Source of the DNA: Wallemia ichthyophaga EXF-994
Taxonomy: Eukaryota; Fungi; Basidiomycota
Length of the DNA stretch: 62,000 nucleotides
Direction: 5' to 3'
Assembly (NCBI RefSeq): GCF_000400465.1
Contig: NW_008806274.1
Location: forward strand, 90,244 to 152,243
In this document: positions 59,944-62,000 of the stretch, one piece after another
Layout: every line of letters begins with the position of its first letter
How positions within the stretch are numbered: position 1 is the first letter of the stretch
Program-made: the position numbers and the translations under genes
The notes under the pieces: model-generated
What the model saw: the letters and a program-made list of their open reading frames with translations, nothing else
Database searches by the model: none
Told to the model about the DNA's origin: nothing

Positions 59944-62000
59944 TCATGCGGCTTTGGATACTTTTATAAACTCTGTAAATGCTCTCTTGAACACCTTGGG
60001 CTCGTCTGTTGAGATGTGGTTTGTAAGTTCGACTGCAATGTGGTCAGGACACCCAATTGAAGGTAAATAAATGCTTCTGAGATAGTTCAAAAGTTCATCA
60101 CCACGACTCAAGTACGCCTGTCTAAGTAGGAGTGCAATTTCACCGAGGACCTGATAGTGATTGGTTGGGTTAGATTGGTGCACCGATAAAAGCTCACTCA
60201 ACTCACAACATTAGATTGACCATCTTTCAAGTTGAATGTTGGCTTGGCAGGTACTTCAAATGCCAATTTGATGAATTGTTGGTAGATAAACTCTTCGAAA
60301 CCACTCAAAGGCATTGGAGCCGGGCTGATTTGTACGACGTTTTGGGCGGGTAAAACTTTCAGATCATTTTGCACTTGCTCAATAGTGCCGTAGCAGAAGA
60401 TAATCTTTGCGACGTTGTTGAAAGCGATTCTTTGTGTAGGTGGAGCACAATCTCGAGCAAATTGACATACAGATTCAAGAATTTGAACAAATCTCCCTCT
60501 GTTCTCATCAGAAATGAACACACCTTGAAGTCCAGCTGAAAGTATGGTACCGATAAAATTAAGGTAGCTCTTTTCCATCTCTGTTCTGTTAAGTTCATCA
60601 TCAGTACCAGATATCTGCATTGATAAGAATGAAAAGACCCTATCAATAATAGGTTGTAGAATAGAGTTAAGAATTGAAAAGACTTGTGATTTTAGCTTGT
60701 GCACTAACATATTCAAGAAAGTCAAGAAGTCACTCAACTCGTTCATTTCAAGTCTACCAAGTAAACCATTTACGAACGCAGGTACGTGATTCAAGATGGC
60801 AAAGCCAGTAGAGCTGACAATCTGGGCAAAAGTGAATCGGGAAGCATCTCTGATAACTTTATATTGAGACATCTGATCCAAGACAACAAAGATTGCTTGT
60901 GTGGATTGGACAAATGGTTCAGAGTATGGGGGTGGTGGTTGGTCTAGCGAAGATGATTGTTGTATTAATGATGGTTCAGGTAAACCTTTAGCTAGATGTC
61001 CAATAGCCAAAATGGTATGGTGTACGTTGAGAATGTTCTCAACTTGATCTGGTGAGGATTGTAGAGATTGTTGAAGAGATGCTAATAATGGCTGTATTAT
61101 TTGATTCAAATAGTTTACTTGATTTGTTGGTATGTCACTGAGTTTAGCTAGAATACATCCAATGGCTTCATAAAGGTTGAGTTGATAGTGGAATAAGCCT
61201 ATAGTGTTTACCGATTTGCTTAAAACATCTTGATAGCTATCACCTTGTTCAAGTGGCAAAACGTCGACTGATAGTACTAGTAAATCCGTGATAGATTCAA
61301 GCAACTTTGGCACAAAGTTGGCTGGAATAAATCTTCTAGCTAGCATTGTGAATCGTTGGAAGAGATAAAAGTTTCTCGCTTTCACATTGAGTGACTGGTT
61401 GTGTATACCTCTGTCACCGACAAATGCAGATAAGATTGGATCTATCAATTCTTTTCGTGCAAACAGTATATCAACGTATCTCACTATCATCTCAAAGTAC
61501 TGGAGATTGACTGCGGGGTGTGGATGATTGCTGATACCTGAGTCAACAACAGTTTGTACTAGTTGACCAAGTGGTGTGTAAGGCTTTTCGTCGTACTTGA
61601 TTTTGTAGTTGTTCGCATCCTTTTTTGCTGACTGTCTCTCATCTTCTGATACGTGCACAAACGCCTGCACCGTATTACCTGATTGAATAGCTTCAGCGAA
61701 CAGAAAAACTATATAAAGCACCAATTCCGCTTGATACCAAGGAACAGAATCCGGTCCAGAGCTGGTGCATTGAGTGAGTGTTTGGTTGATGAGAGATACG
61801 ACTGTCGAAGTCCACAGCTCTTGGTCCAGTTGACAGACAGAATCGAATGTTGATCTTAACACTCTGCGAATTTCGTACAGCTCATGACGGTCGTCGTCGA
61901 CATCCTCACCAAGACCACCGAAACCCCATTCAACATCCTCATTCCACTGCATTTTTTGCATAACAGTTGGCAACAATTGACTAAAGAATTCTCTGGTTGG
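59944..62000 (-). CDS. LOS1: Exportin-T (tRNA export receptor), 3' part; the 5' end lies beyond the window
   Basis: HEAT-repeat ORF with HPHPAVNLQYFEMIVRY, VKARNFYLFQRF and IRDASRFTFAQIV. Final exon ends at 59944. Confidence 0.88.

Noticed and set aside
1-62000. tRNA, rRNA, snRNA genes, CRISPR arrays, and transposase/RT/integrase ORFs
   Set aside because: No diagnostic motifs found by eye. tRNAscan-SE, cmscan and RepeatMasker would be needed to exclude short or degenerate elements.

Overview
Eukaryotic, fungal (basidiomycete-like) genomic DNA that is extremely compact, with short GT-AG introns of roughly 30-90 nt and very small intergenic gaps. The style resembles Wallemia, but that is inference. 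About 40 protein-coding genes can be supported, mostly housekeeping: MTO1, ERG24, DUT1, ACL4, Dpb11/Rad4, sHSP, NDUFS2, SNF12, SWD2, CTF8, two MFS transporters, cyclin B, MON2, DNAJC8, REX2, YKT6, MED19, ERG28, NUP159, pICln, GEP4, THOC5, MED22, NDUFAF7, an F-box protein, a C2H2 transcription factor and LOS1. I found no rRNA, tRNA, CRISPR array or intact transposon. Most notable observations: (1) a spliced CTF8 gene missed by the ORF track, whose ATG overlaps the upstream gene's stop codon (ATGA); (2) divergent and convergent gene pairs with 0-20 bp spacing, including a five-gene block where the GEP4 and THOC5 start codons touch; (3) a Kex2-type repeat peptide precursor next to a hyperacidic secreted protein; (4) tandem NoxR/p67phox paralogs, one lacking the LRGN Rac-contact motif; (5) a MON2 that ends where Mon2_C should begin; (6) a Nup159-like nucleoporin with two RanBP2-type zinc fingers; (7) a candidate structured element near 57.1 kb and a decayed gene-like region near 25-26.4 kb. 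Gene models were spliced by eye and no database searches were run.
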